In this document: positions 31,708-42,900 of the stretch, piece after piece | Numbering within the stretch: the first letter of the stretch is position 1 | Layout: every line of letters starts with the position of its first letter | NCBI GenBank assembly: GCA_045568115.1 | Contig: JBJLBO010000001.1 | Coordinates: forward strand, 82,213 to 146,212 | DNA from: Candidatus Thalassarchaeaceae archaeon | GTDB lineage: Archaea > Thermoplasmatota > Poseidoniia > Poseidoniales > Thalassarchaeaceae | DNA: 64,000 bases | Direction of reading: 5' to 3' | Notes under the pieces: generated by a model | What the model was told of the DNA's origin: nothing | The model's database searches: none | What the model saw: the letters and a program-made list of their open reading frames with translations, nothing else | Program-made: the position numbers and the translations under genes

Positions 31708-34461
31708 GTGATAACTATGGATGGCAGGCAGAAAGCAACAGCACTAATTGTAACAGGAATTATTCTTCTAGGATTGAACTATGTGGCATTGGCCGGTTTT
31801 GTTGCTGGTCAAGTCGAGGCAGGAGTTGCAGACCAAATTGCAACAGGATATGATGAAGAAAGCGATTATACCAATGATGATTGGAATAATAGCACTGAAG
31901 AAAGGGTGTATTTCGCCTATTCAATGACCAATTCTGAGGACCTGACTGAGAACTCAGCAATTGGTGCAGAGTTTGAGAAGATGGGGCCATTCATCTACGA
32001 AGTTACTACTCATCGCGAACTCTTAGATTTCGATGAATCTGCAGGCACTGTAACTTATTCTGAATACAATGTTTTCGATTGGTGCGCTAATTGTACTTGG
32101 GCTGATGATGATGGAAATGAGCACCCCTCACTTCCAGGGACTACCAATGTCACAAATGCCAATATCTTATGGAATACACAGAGAATTGCTGGTATTTCTA
32201 CTGGAATCATCTACGGAGAAATTTTCGCTAAGGCAGGATTCTCTAACCAAATGATTGCTAATGATCTTTCAAATAAGGCTCCAAGCATTTGGGCTGCTGA
32301 AGATATTTCAGACATGCAATTAGGAGCAGCATCTCAACTTGAATTAGCCGGATATGATGCTGCGACTGCTGCTGCCATGGCTCCAGCCGCAGTATTATCC
32401 GGTGCTTATGATAACTGGAATGCCTCTGCTGGAGGCGCAGGATCAATGAATCCAGATTTCTCTGCTTCTGCTGATTCAATTCTCAATACTGCAGTCGATC
32501 CATCTACTGGAATCTGTATCGCTCTATCTTGTGAGATAGGGCCAATGCTAGTAGCTGGAATGGGAGAGCCAAGTGAATCGGTAACTCCTATTCGTGCTGC
32601 TCTGCTGGGATATGGTTCGACTGACCCCGTTGAAACTACACTAATGGATTGGGCAGTGTATGGACTGGCTGGTACAACGTTCCTTGCTAATGGCGGAGGA
32701 GAAGAGCTAACTCGAGGCATGGATGACCTTCGAGATAGATTGAGGGCAGTTTCCGGTATTGATATTTCAAATTCTGATGCACTGAACAATGTGATATTTG
32801 GTGTAGATGGAGAAGAACTTGGAAATGGAATGCTTTCAGAAACTGATTACAATGGAATTCCTCTACATGGAGTGGCTTTATTCCTCCTAGGAGCTCAAAG
32901 TGATGCATTCACAACAATGGTCCAGTATGGAATTGGCTTGACTCAATTACTCGACCTATCGGATTATGCTGGCGGATGGATTGGCATGGTTGGAACACCA
33001 ATAGACTTCCCAATGATTCTTGTGGGAGGCTCAGGGACAATGAATGCAGACCAATGGTGGCAAGTTGCATTTGGTAGCGAGGAACCACTAGCTGGAGGAT
33101 ATTTCTCTATTGGACTGAATCAAGGACCTTACGAAGGAACTGTTGATCTCTCGGTTGAGAAAGTGCAAGAAATTCTGTATAATGGCCCTTGGGCACTAAC
33201 TGGAGATTTCGCTAGCGTGTTTATGTACAACGAATTAGCAGGAACTACAATGCCAATGAATGAAGACTGGACTGGATTTGTAATGGGTGGAGAAGTAGTA
33301 GATTGGGATGATACATTTGTTGCAAATGCCTATGACATTTCTGAATCTGATGCCGCGGCTCTACGTAGTTGGGTGAAGAACTTCATGTTCTCAAACGTCA
33401 TCGGGTCCCTACTTGGATTCCAATATGGTGGGACACCTTACACTACGCAATCAATGGATAACTGGCTTTATGGTTGGAGAGATTCTATCGTTGCAGATGT
33501 AGTCTACGGAGACATCTCAAACATGGAAGTAGGCTGGGTTAGCCTTGAAACAAATGAGACATATTTCGGCTCTGATAATGTAAGTACTGGTGACTTCTCG
33601 GTCTATGTAGCAAGTACTGGAACTGGAGCGCATGCAGATGATGGGACATTGGGTCAGAGATTGATGGAAGGATACATCAATTCGGATGGTAATGGATATT
33701 GTGACTTCAAGTTGAACGCAGATGGAACTGAAGCTGATGCAGACTCAGATGGCATGTACCCATGTGAAGAAGGAGAAATCTATGGACTAACAGGGCACCT
33801 TCCTTGGAGAGCACCACATCGTGAGGCGAGCACGTATGGATTACTAACTGACCATGTTGGAAACGATGTTACTGAATTGGCAGGAACCATAGGTGATATT
33901 GGAAGTGCAGATGAACCATTCAAGTACAATCTTGTTGGATATTCAATTACCGACACAGTCCCTGGTGAAATGGGTGAATTCAATGGTGTTCCAATGCGTC
34001 ACCATACCATTACTCTAGATCCGGCTGAGAACCAGATTCAAGCCAAACTGATAGGATCTGGGACCTACGTCGATGTACTCCCTGGTGCATTACCAGTATA
34101 CTTCGGTTCAGATGTTGAAATTATGGTCGAACCTATAACAAATATGCCAATGTATGGAAAGTCGATTTCAATGTTCCACTTAGACCTACGAGGAGCTGGT
34201 AACATGAATCCTGAGTTCGGAGTAGACACCCATCCTGTCTTTGAAATACATACACTTTCGGAATTACCTGAGGACTCGGCTGAGACTCTCAAATGTAGGG
34301 TGCTAAAGAATACTGACCCTATGTATTGGACTGATTTTGGTGGTGAAGGAGACTGTGCCCTTGAGGGAACAGCAGTCCTCGATTACATAACCGCTAGCCT
34401 ATACGTGGCATCGATTGCAATGATTGCATTTGGTGGAGTCCGAATGGGCACTCGAGATTGA
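31708..34461 (+). CDS. Large (917 aa) secreted protein with N-terminal signal-anchor and C-terminal TM; hypothetical surface protein
   Basis: N-terminus ALIVTGIILLGLNYVALAGFVAG. C-terminus ASLYVASIAMIAFGGVRMGTRD. Acidic, with many N-x-S/T sites. Confidence 0.5.
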   Translation: MITMDGRQKATALIVTGIILLGLNYVALAGFVAGQVEAGVADQIATGYDEESDYTNDDWNNSTEERVYFAYSMTNSEDLTENSAIGAEFEKMGPFIYEVTTHRELLDFDESAGTVTYSEYNVFDWCANCTWADDDGNEHPSLPGTTNVTNANILWNTQRIAGISTGIIYGEIFAKAGFSNQMIANDLSNKAPSIWAAEDISDMQLGAASQLELAGYDAATAAAMAPAAVLSGAYDNWNASAGGAGSMNPDFSASADSILNTAVDPSTGICIALSCEIGPMLVAGMGEPSESVTPIRAALLGYGSTDPVETTLMDWAVYGLAGTTFLANGGGEELTRGMDDLRDRLRAVSGIDISNSDALNNVIFGVDGEELGNGMLSETDYNGIPLHGVALFLLGAQSDAFTTMVQYGIGLTQLLDLSDYAGGWIGMVGTPIDFPMILVGGSGTMNADQWWQVAFGSEEPLAGGYFSIGLNQGPYEGTVDLSVEKVQEILYNGPWALTGDFASVFMYNELAGTTMPMNEDWTGFVMGGEVVDWDDTFVANAYDISESDAAALRSWVKNFMFSNVIGSLLGFQYGGTPYTTQSMDNWLYGWRDSIVADVVYGDISNMEVGWVSLETNETYFGSDNVSTGDFSVYVASTGTGAHADDGTLGQRLMEGYINSDGNGYCDFKLNADGTEADADSDGMYPCEEGEIYGLTGHLPWRAPHREASTYGLLTDHVGNDVTELAGTIGDIGSADEPFKYNLVGYSITDTVPGEMGEFNGVPMRHHTITLDPAENQIQAKLIGSGTYVDVLPGALPVYFGSDVEIMVEPITNMPMYGKSISMFHLDLRGAGNMNPEFGVDTHPVFEIHTLSELPEDSAETLKCRVLKNTDPMYWTDFGGEGDCALEGTAVLDYITASLYVASIAMIAFGGVRMGTRD

Positions 34462-34495
34462 GACTCTAAACACGAAAAATGAGACTGTACTACTT

Positions 34496-34516
34496 ACGGC
34501 CGGCTTTGCCGGCCGT
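34496..34516 (+). other. Perfect 9-bp stem / 3-nt loop hairpin (ACGGCCGGC-TTT-GCCGGCCGT) in the intergenic region between 31708..34461 and the LTD-PLD gene
   Basis: Read directly from the sequence. No T-tract follows it. Confidence 0.4.
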
Positions 34517-34546
34517 GTGCACGCTCGCGCGAAGGGTTCAACCGTA

Positions 34547-37500
34547 ATGCGCAGAGGGATTCGCATTATGAACGAGGCTACCGCTAGGTCGGCAGCCCTC
34601 ATTGGGCTGATTCTTCTTGTCAGTAGTTTAGTGTCTCCAATGACTCTCCTGGATAATATCCAAGAAAGGGCTGAATCAAGTGAACATGGGTGTGTAGTTT
34701 GCATCAACGAAGTGATGGCAGATGCTGATGGTTCAGACAAAGGAATATTTCCACAAGGCGAATGGGTCGAACTTTGGAACTCTGGAGATAGTGCTGTAAA
34801 TTTACAAGGTTGGACAATTGTAGATATTGGAGGCTGGACTCACCCCATAGATGAGAATTCCTGGGTTGAGTTTGACCAACTAATAACGCCCTATTCGATT
34901 GAGCCAGGGAACTATGCTGTGATTGCTGAAAATGACATTGGCACCCTTAGACTAAACAATGCTGGTGAAACCATCTATCTCAAAGACTCTGCAAATACAA
35001 CTGTTGATACTGTGGTAACAAGTCCTTCAAGCAATGGCATATCTAAGATAGCAGATCCAAATAACTCCAATTCAGAATGGATAGATGCTGAATCCCCATC
35101 CCCAGGACAAGTCAATGTGAATGGAGGTGGAGGCTCTGGCTCTGGAGGAGGGGGCTCGGATTGGGTAGATTCGGGAAGTTCGCCATGGGATGGTGAATAT
35201 GATATCAAGTTCACTAGAATTATGCCAGGTGAAGTTCCAGATAGAGATAATGATTGGCTAGAAATAACTAATTTCGGAGATGAAGAGGCAAATATTACCG
35301 GTTGGAGTATAGAACGTATTCGATCTACTACTCCGTGGGTCTCTAAGTTTGGTCTTTTCACGATACCAGCAGGTGAATCAGTAGTCCTATCGGAAAATCC
35401 TGCAAACCTACTAGCTGATGGAGGAATCAGTTCATTAGATGGAAATTCCGTTTTGGATAATATGCCATGGTTAGTAGATTCCGGCGCTGCTTTTCAGCTA
35501 AAGGAGCCGGCAGGAACGGTAGTTGATGCTCTTGTCTACAATGGAGGTGATGCTGAAATTGAAGGATGGACAGGAAGTGCAATTTCAGTACCAGGAGACG
35601 GGTCTCCGGGGTTGATACTAATGCGTGGAGATGGTTGTTCACCTGGTGGAGATTCTGATTCTGCTACAGAATGGGAGATTCGCTGGATTCGTATTGGAGC
35701 TTCGACTTTCTGTGATGGGGGTTTGATTGAAGCACACTCTGGGATGAGTGCTACGGCCTCATTTAGCCCAGAAACCGGGCTTGAAGATTTACTAGGTTGG
35801 ATTGCGGATGCAGATACTTCTCTTCACGTACACATGTATGAATTCCTTCACCCTGACCTAACTCATGCCTTGATTGCTGCTCTAGACAGAGATGTCAGCG
35901 TCACAATTCTTCTAGAGGAAGGGATTCTAGACGATTCTTCAACAAAAAATGATCAGCGCGGACATGCTCAATCTATTTCTGATGCTGGAGGTACTGTCTA
36001 TTGGATGGTTGATCCAACAGTAATTAGTTCTCCATATCAATTCATTCACAGTAAGGTTGCCGTCAAAGATTCTCAGAGTGTTTGGATTTCATCCGGTAAT
36101 TGGAAGGAGTCAAGTCTACCTACTGTTGATGAATCAGGAAATAGAGAATGGTCCTTATTCATAGACTCTACCGAAGTTGCAATAAAGGCACTAGAAAGGA
36201 TGGTTTTTGATGAGAATTCTAATCACCTTCATATTGACTCGCACTCTAGTTATTATGCTCCATCTGATGATTGGGAATTACCTCAACCTTCGAATACATT
36301 GCCAAATGAGTCTCCTAATCCAGATACAACAACTCCATTCCGTACCAGAATACTAACTTGTCCTGATGACTGTGTCACCGGTATTGTTTCCGAGATAAAT
36401 GAAGCAGATTCGAACATTCGGCTTTCCTTACAGTATCTTGATCTAGATTGGTATTGGGGATTCGGTGCGGAAAATCCAATTTTAGAATCTCTACATCAGG
36501 CCGCTTCAAGAGGAGTAAGAATTGAATTAATGATTAATGCATTCTATGCTGATTGGGACGATGATGTCCGTGATGCTGTAAATTTATTCAATACAGATTG
36601 GAATGCGACTCAGGGACTTGATGTTAATGCTAGATTAATGTCAACCGCCCCTGATATTTGGAAGTTGCATAACAAGGGAATGATTGTTGATGATGATACT
36701 GTACTAGTAGGCAGTATGAACTGGGGTTCAAACTCAATGCTACGTAATCGAGAGATGGGGATAATTAGCGAATCTTCTGAGTTAACTGCAGTTTTTCTCT
36801 CTAAATTTAATGACGATTGGAATCGGCTAGATGATGATACTGATTCGGATGGAGATTTACTGCCCGATTCATGGGAAGAACTGCATGGATTAGACAGGCA
36901 TAATGCTGCAGTTTTGGGTACTGCATTATCTGAACAATCATTAGATGGTGATGACGATGGATTGAATAATCTAAATGAATACTTACTTAATGGAAATCCA
37001 AATGATAACGACACTGATGACGACTGTATCCTCGATGGTGACGAAGAAGCGTTTGCTCAATCAGTAATGCGGTCGCCGGGTATCTCAATGGTTTCAGCGG
37101 ATGTCGATCAAAATGGTATTCCGGATGGTGAACAATTTGGATGTGAAAACAACACTGAAACTAATGATTCCGGAAGTGAAAATGAAAACAATACCAATGA
37201 AACTGATAATCAGGGAGGGATCGAAATTCCGATTATTAATGTTAGAGAGGACCCCTTATCCACCCCTGGTGCAAAGTTCCTGCTTGGTTTGACAGTAATT
37301 GCCGGGATCTCTGTAATTGGAGCAGGGGTGTCAATAATCCGTCGTCCAAAAACTAAAGCAGAAGAGAAACTGATTGATGATTCAGGGTATAGTTTTGATG
37401 AAGCTGATGTGCAAAAAGCAATACTATCTGGAACGCGTTTTGACGAATCATCAGAAGATACAAGGCAATGGACTGAAGGAAAGGATGATGGTAAACATGG

Positions 37501-37621
37501 TTCAATCGTTCTAGATGGATTTGGATTTGAAGAACTCAGTCGAGATGAGGTTCAGTGGAGACTAGACCAAGGAATCTCGATTGAAGAACTACGTGACGAA
37601 TTCGGTGAGGACGAGGTATGA
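34547..37621 (+). CDS. Membrane-anchored secreted enzyme: 2 lamin-tail domains (LTD) + phospholipase-D-superfamily domain with two HKD motifs + TSP3-like acidic repeats + TM + ~110-aa cytoplasmic tail. The track ORF starts at 34424; the likely start is 34547 (MRRGIRIMNEATARSAALIGLILLVSS)
   Basis: LTD-like blocks INEVMAD..GEWVELWNSGDSAVNLQGWTIVD..GNYAVI..LNNAGETIYLKD and IMPGEV..NDWLEITNFGDEEANITGWSIERI. HKD motif 1 is HSKVAVKDSQSVWISSGNWKESS (about 36047-36115). HKD motif 2 is HNKGMIVDDDTVLVGSMNWGSNS (about 36668-36736). TM LLGLTVIAGISVIGAGVSII. Confidence 0.7.
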   Translation: MRRGIRIMNEATARSAALIGLILLVSSLVSPMTLLDNIQERAESSEHGCVVCINEVMADADGSDKGIFPQGEWVELWNSGDSAVNLQGWTIVDIGGWTHPIDENSWVEFDQLITPYSIEPGNYAVIAENDIGTLRLNNAGETIYLKDSANTTVDTVVTSPSSNGISKIADPNNSNSEWIDAESPSPGQVNVNGGGGSGSGGGGSDWVDSGSSPWDGEYDIKFTRIMPGEVPDRDNDWLEITNFGDEEANITGWSIERIRSTTPWVSKFGLFTIPAGESVVLSENPANLLADGGISSLDGNSVLDNMPWLVDSGAAFQLKEPAGTVVDALVYNGGDAEIEGWTGSAISVPGDGSPGLILMRGDGCSPGGDSDSATEWEIRWIRIGASTFCDGGLIEAHSGMSATASFSPETGLEDLLGWIADADTSLHVHMYEFLHPDLTHALIAALDRDVSVTILLEEGILDDSSTKNDQRGHAQSISDAGGTVYWMVDPTVISSPYQFIHSKVAVKDSQSVWISSGNWKESSLPTVDESGNREWSLFIDSTEVAIKALERMVFDENSNHLHIDSHSSYYAPSDDWELPQPSNTLPNESPNPDTTTPFRTRILTCPDDCVTGIVSEINEADSNIRLSLQYLDLDWYWGFGAENPILESLHQAASRGVRIELMINAFYADWDDDVRDAVNLFNTDWNATQGLDVNARLMSTAPDIWKLHNKGMIVDDDTVLVGSMNWGSNSMLRNREMGIISESSELTAVFLSKFNDDWNRLDDDTDSDGDLLPDSWEELHGLDRHNAAVLGTALSEQSLDGDDDGLNNLNEYLLNGNPNDNDTDDDCILDGDEEAFAQSVMRSPGISMVSADVDQNGIPDGEQFGCENNTETNDSGSENENNTNETDNQGGIEIPIINVREDPLSTPGAKFLLGLTVIAGISVIGAGVSIIRRPKTKAEEKLIDDSGYSFDEADVQKAILSGTRFDESSEDTRQWTEGKDDGKHGSIVLDGFGFEELSRDEVQWRLDQGISIEELRDEFGEDEV

Positions 37622-38895
37622 GTAATTCCATGCAAGAAATTGTCGACGGAATAGTCACTGGTTCTTTGGATGACGCAGAAGTTCTAGAATGGCTAAGTTT
37701 TGTTTTTGAAAATGGTTTGAATAATAATGAAGTTGTCGATTTGACAAAATCAATGAGAGACTCAGGAGAAGTTCTTGAATGGCCAGAAGAGTCGGCTAAT
37801 CTTGTTGTTGACAAGCATTCTACAGGTGGAGTTGGAGACAAAGTTTCGATTGTCCTGGCCCCCGCCCTAGCCGCTTGTGGGCTCAAGGTTCCGATGATTT
37901 CTGGACGAGGACTAGGCCATACTGGAGGCACTTTGGATAAACTAGAGAGTATTCCAGGATTCAATATAGAACTCGCCTCAAAACAAATTCAAACCCAGGT
38001 TGGAAAGATAGGAATTGCAATGGTAGGACAGAGTGAAAACCTTGTTCCAGCCGACCGCAGAATGTATGCTCTAAGAGACATTAGCGGCACCATTGCTTCA
38101 ATTCCTCTAATTACTTCTTCGATCGTCTCAAAAAAAACTGCTGAAGGATTGTCTGCTCTAATTCTAGACGTCAAATACGGACGTGCGGCCTTCATGCAAG
38201 AACGAGAAGATGCTGCGGCATTAGCAAGCTCAATGGTTGATGCTGCAAATGGCATGGGCATTAGTACCACAGCCGTTCTGACCACAATGGATCAGCCCCT
38301 AGGTTGTGCTGTTGGAAATGCTTTGGAAATCGTAGAGAGTGTGGAGACCCTATGTGGCCGTGGACCTCATGATTTAGAAGAATTAGTCTGTGTTCAAGGA
38401 GGGTTACTTTTGACCTCTACAGGGATTTCAGAAAATATGGAAGAAGGGGCCTTAATGATTCATAATTCACTCAATGATGGTTCTGCATTAGAGAAGTTCA
38501 TCGCTATGGTTGATGAACAAGGAGGAGATGGCAATATTTTTGATTCTGATATGTCTATGCTTAGGGGGCTAGGTCTTCTTGATTCACAATTGAAAAACAC
38601 AGAAATATTCTCCGAAAAGAGTGGTTTTGTATCAGATATAGATGCAATGGTCATTGCTCTAGCATGTTGTGAATTAGGATCTGGACGGAAAAAACTTGGA
38701 GACTCAATAGATCATTCCGTTGGTGTAATAATCGAAGCTCAGGTTGGAGATGAATTGGAAGTAGGAGACTCGCTCCTAGTAATCTACCACCGAGAAAACC
38801 TACCTATTGGAATGTCTAAGTCACTAGAATCAGCATTTACCATTTCAGATGATTCGATTGAAGTTCTTTCGAAGGTGAGCGAAATTATCAGGTGA
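37618..38895 (+). CDS. Thymidine / pyrimidine-nucleoside phosphorylase family protein (glycosyltransferase family 3); 4-nt ATGA overlap with the upstream PLD-like gene
   Basis: Conserved DKHSTGGVGDKVS motif. Length 425 aa. Full colinearity with DeoA/Pdp. Confidence 0.8.
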   Translation: MSNSMQEIVDGIVTGSLDDAEVLEWLSFVFENGLNNNEVVDLTKSMRDSGEVLEWPEESANLVVDKHSTGGVGDKVSIVLAPALAACGLKVPMISGRGLGHTGGTLDKLESIPGFNIELASKQIQTQVGKIGIAMVGQSENLVPADRRMYALRDISGTIASIPLITSSIVSKKTAEGLSALILDVKYGRAAFMQEREDAAALASSMVDAANGMGISTTAVLTTMDQPLGCAVGNALEIVESVETLCGRGPHDLEELVCVQGGLLLTSTGISENMEEGALMIHNSLNDGSALEKFIAMVDEQGGDGNIFDSDMSMLRGLGLLDSQLKNTEIFSEKSGFVSDIDAMVIALACCELGSGRKKLGDSIDHSVGVIIEAQVGDELEVGDSLLVIYHRENLPIGMSKSLESAFTISDDSIEVLSKVSEIIR

Positions 38896-38899
38896 TAGC

Positions 38900-39964
38900 A
38901 TGAGACTGAACCATATCGATCAAATGAAAGCTATTGCAGTTCTCTGTATGGTTGAAGTTCACACAGCTGCGATTATTCCTCCTGAGGGGATCTCAGTAGG
39001 ACATCCAGCAGCCTTTGTCGCAGCAGCATTTGGAGGAATGGCTGCACCTTTATTCGTGACATTATCTGGTTGGGGAATCCATAGGGGTGCACAACGTAGA
39101 TTTGCAGATAATTTCAACAACAGTGCGTGGATTGACTGGGTGCTACCTCGTGTTATACTACTAACTATGTGCCAGTTCCTAGTCAATATTCTGTTGAATG
39201 TGGAAAGAGGTGGCAGATTTGAGTGGCAGACTCCAGGAGTCCTCACATTACTAGCAATAGCTGCACTATTGGCACCATTACTTTCGAGATTTAGTACAGC
39301 AAATCGCGGCATAATGATGACATTTTTGATGGTTACGCCACTAGCTCTTGGAAACCTAGCAGGTCCTGAATTAGGATGGTTTGCGAGAGTGGATTCAATT
39401 GGTCTTGTGGAATGGCTTGAGAGACTCATTCTGAATGGAACATATCCCGCCCTTCCATGGCTTGCATTTGTTCTCCTTGGATCTCTAATTAGTGATTTAG
39501 AAAATAATCCTAAGCAACGCGATAGCATGATAGCTCTAGGGTTTGCAATTACTACTGCTACCATTGCTTACTCGGTCTACAACAATATGGATTGGGCACT
39601 AACAGAAGGTGATGCCGTGCTTACATTCTTCCCTGCAACTATGGCTTTCATTATTGTTGCATCAACTTTCGTCCTATTAGCAGAAAAGTTACTTTCAGCA
39701 TATTCATCCACTGGAAGTGAGAAACTATCTTTCTTGGAGCCAGCAGGAAAATTGACTTTGACCATATACATCTCTCATTTCGCAGTATTAGGTATTGCAG
39801 CAATGTACATGGAAGGTGAGCCCCGTCTAGAATTAATTCCAGCCTTCTTAGTAACTATCGGACACACATTAATTTGGATTCCTTTGGCGGTGTTACACCA
39901 GAAATATATCTCTGAAATTTCCTTTGAAAATTTACTGAGAAGAATAAGTCAGTCGGCAAGATAA
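38900..39964 (+). CDS. Polytopic membrane protein, possibly DUF1624 / acyltransferase-3-like
   Basis: N-terminal RLNHIDQMKAIAVLCMVEVH resembles the R..LD..RG.A....H start of the DUF1624/OpgC-like families. About 9 TM helices. Weak. Confidence 0.3.
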   Translation: MRLNHIDQMKAIAVLCMVEVHTAAIIPPEGISVGHPAAFVAAAFGGMAAPLFVTLSGWGIHRGAQRRFADNFNNSAWIDWVLPRVILLTMCQFLVNILLNVERGGRFEWQTPGVLTLLAIAALLAPLLSRFSTANRGIMMTFLMVTPLALGNLAGPELGWFARVDSIGLVEWLERLILNGTYPALPWLAFVLLGSLISDLENNPKQRDSMIALGFAITTATIAYSVYNNMDWALTEGDAVLTFFPATMAFIIVASTFVLLAEKLLSAYSSTGSEKLSFLEPAGKLTLTIYISHFAVLGIAAMYMEGEPRLELIPAFLVTIGHTLIWIPLAVLHQKYISEISFENLLRRISQSAR

Positions 39965-42900
39965 TCCGTTGTCCAATTTAATGGTCCAAACCAAACTGAG
40001 TTTTCCTCATTCGAGGCCTGTATTCTGCCGTAATAATTGGTTCCGCAGCAGGTCAGCCCAGAAACAATTTGTGAATCATTACCAACTGTTGTACTCCCAA
40101 AACTAGTGCTACTATCCCAACCTGAAGTTTGGTTACCCATGTCAGTTGTACCGTAATAGAATGTCAGAGTTGTATTCGTTCCATTATCATAAGTCTCCCA
40201 TGATATTGTAGTAGAAGTAGCATCAGATGGATCTGGTGAAGAAAGATTACGAAGAATGGCATCGTAAACGAAATATTCTCCTCGTAATGGATCATCAACC
40301 CAAACTGGAAGATGAGAAAGAGAATCAAAAGTGTTCTGTGTAAGTGGGAAGCCCCAAGCTGAGTGATATGGGGCTAGATTGTATCCTGTGGCGTTAGATA
40401 GGTGCATAACCCAGGCATTGAACTCTTCAGTGTCATTCGTAGGCACTTGTAAAGATGGTAGTGTGTAGTAGACAGATAGTGCTTCGGTAATTGGGTCCCA
40501 CCCCCATTCCTCCTTAATCAGAATGTAAGTATCCAAAGCTATCCAAACAGACCAGTTGGAGATATTTGAACCATCATCGAAGTAAGATTCCATCCTAGTA
40601 GCCCTCTGTTCGGGATCAACAGCGCTATGGCCCTCTACACCGACCAAATCCTCCATAAGATGGACACTAGCAAAATTGCAACCAGTCTCGGTAGTCCCAG
40701 GTAGAGTTGAAGGCATCCACTGATGATTATGTCCTAATTCATGGAACATTCCCCAATCTCCGTTCTCACTCATGTGATCATAATCTACTACATCGGCTAC
40801 AGATAAATCATGAGCCATGAATGGATAACCTGAATGCATCCAACCTGCTGATATTTGGGCATCGAAAACCGCTCTCTCAACTCTTGGCCAAGGGGTGAAA
40901 CCGTAGAGTTCGTGTTCCATATCTAGAGCATCATCCCACCACTGCATTAATTGAAATGGATTATTGAGATTACGTATTTCATCGCTTGGAACGGTCAAAA
41001 TGAAATTATCGCTAACTAATTCCGCCCAAGGTGCTGGTTGATCTCTCTCAGAGTATAACCACTCAAAATCAGAGGTCACGCCCAATGTATACATAGGAGC
41101 TCTGACTGCTCCAGAAATTGTTATTTCGAATAAACCAAAGTCAGAACCTGCGGGAATCGAAGCATAGATGGGACCACCAAATGCGTTACCAACTTCTGTA
41201 GTAGTATTGTCAATCGACCATGTTCGATAAATTTTCGAGTGCCTTTTGATCACATCTTTGTGCCATAGTCCATCTGTATGTGCTCCAATCAAAATATCAA
41301 ATCCCAGTTCTGAGACTTGTTGGGTTACTGAAATAGTAATTATTTCGCCGGGTGGAGCATAGAGACCTGTTGACATCCTTAGAGCACTTCTTGCACCAGA
41401 ATAACCGAAATTACTTGGAAGGCCACTTTGAGTTCCATTGATGAAAACTATTTCCGAAACTCGAGTCGCGTCTGCTGGCACTTCACCTGGGAATTCTACA
41501 TGGCTAGGGTGTACGGGTAACTCATCAGCAGGTAGTCCAGACATCAGTGCTTCTTCCAGACGTAAAATTATGTCTGCAACAGAATCTTCACCTAGTTCAT
41601 GACCGGTGGAGCTCCAAAGTGTGGAATAGGGGATCACTGTATATCCTGTTTGGTTCACCAAGTGACGTAAAGGACTCCAAAAATCAGTATAATCAAGAGT
41701 CACGATTCCTGTGCAATGTGAAAGTGCCGAGTAGGCAGTCGCCGCATTGTCAGCATCCATATCTACACCATCTACTCGGTCTGCAAGCACGCCAGCAATG
41801 GCATTACTAATTGTTGAGTACTCATCAGGCATGTTTTGGAAATATACATCATTGTCACCCCAATCGCTGGAGACAAAAAGGCCAGTAGTTTTTGCAATCT
41901 TATTTCCGGGATAATTGTGAGCAACATCGGAATTTGAATAGGACCAATACCAAGCATGACCACCCATTATCAGACCGCCGCCGGCAAGCATGAATTCAGT
42001 CAATGCAGCATTGTCGGAATCATCATGACCATTCCAAAATTCATCAAGTAAGCAATCGATGCCACCGAGATCAGCAGGTGTAATGGAAAAGTGAACATTA
42101 TGCCCTGCGTCTCGCAATTCATCCTCAAAGCCATCAAAGCCAGCACCATAGGCTAATCCAACTTCGGCATTCTCACCGCAAACCCAATCAACTGCCCTTA
42201 GAGAGAAGGGGTGATCGGTGGAGTCAACCCAACTTTCGTGTCCATAACCCAACATCTTGCCTTTTCCAACATGTCCAGCAGATACTACAGGAATGCCACT
42301 TGACTCAAAGGCTACTGGGAATGCCCATTCACCAATAGGTAAGATTGGTGAAGGCCAGCCACCCCAATCGGCCTCAGTCATCCCCCTCAGTAAGTCACTC
42401 TGATCAGCGCGTAAATCGTGAACCACAATCCAAATATTGAGAGCCACACTACCCCCTGTGTTGGTTGCTGTAATTGTATATTCAGTCCAATCTGTACGAT
42501 ATGCAGGAGTGCCAGAAATGCTGCCATTTTCCAATAATAGCATCCCCTGAGGGAGGGGTGGCTCGATTGACCATGATTCAATATCTGGCCCATCATTTGT
42601 TACCTGAATAAATATTGACTCATTCGAAGCAAAAGCAAAATCATTTCCTTCCCAATAAATAAGATCAGGTGGTGCACTGGTAATTTTGAATCGGACTGTT
42701 GTATAGGTTGAACCACCGGTGTTGTTAGCCCAGATATTATGGGTTGACCAATCCTGAATATTTTCAGCGGTTCCTGAAATTGTTCCATTATAGACATCAA
42801 AAATGAATCCTGAAGGAAGAACTGGTTCAATTTGCCAAGAATCTGGTGTACCACCTGAATAATTGGGTTCTATCCAACCAATACTTTGGTCTATCTCTAA

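Noticed and set aside
38959-39564. 201-aa minus-strand ORF antisense to the membrane-protein gene 38900..39964
   Set aside because: It overlaps fully with a hydrophobic-membrane-protein frame that has coherent TM periodicity. The antisense ORF is Pro/Ala/Ser-rich and featureless.
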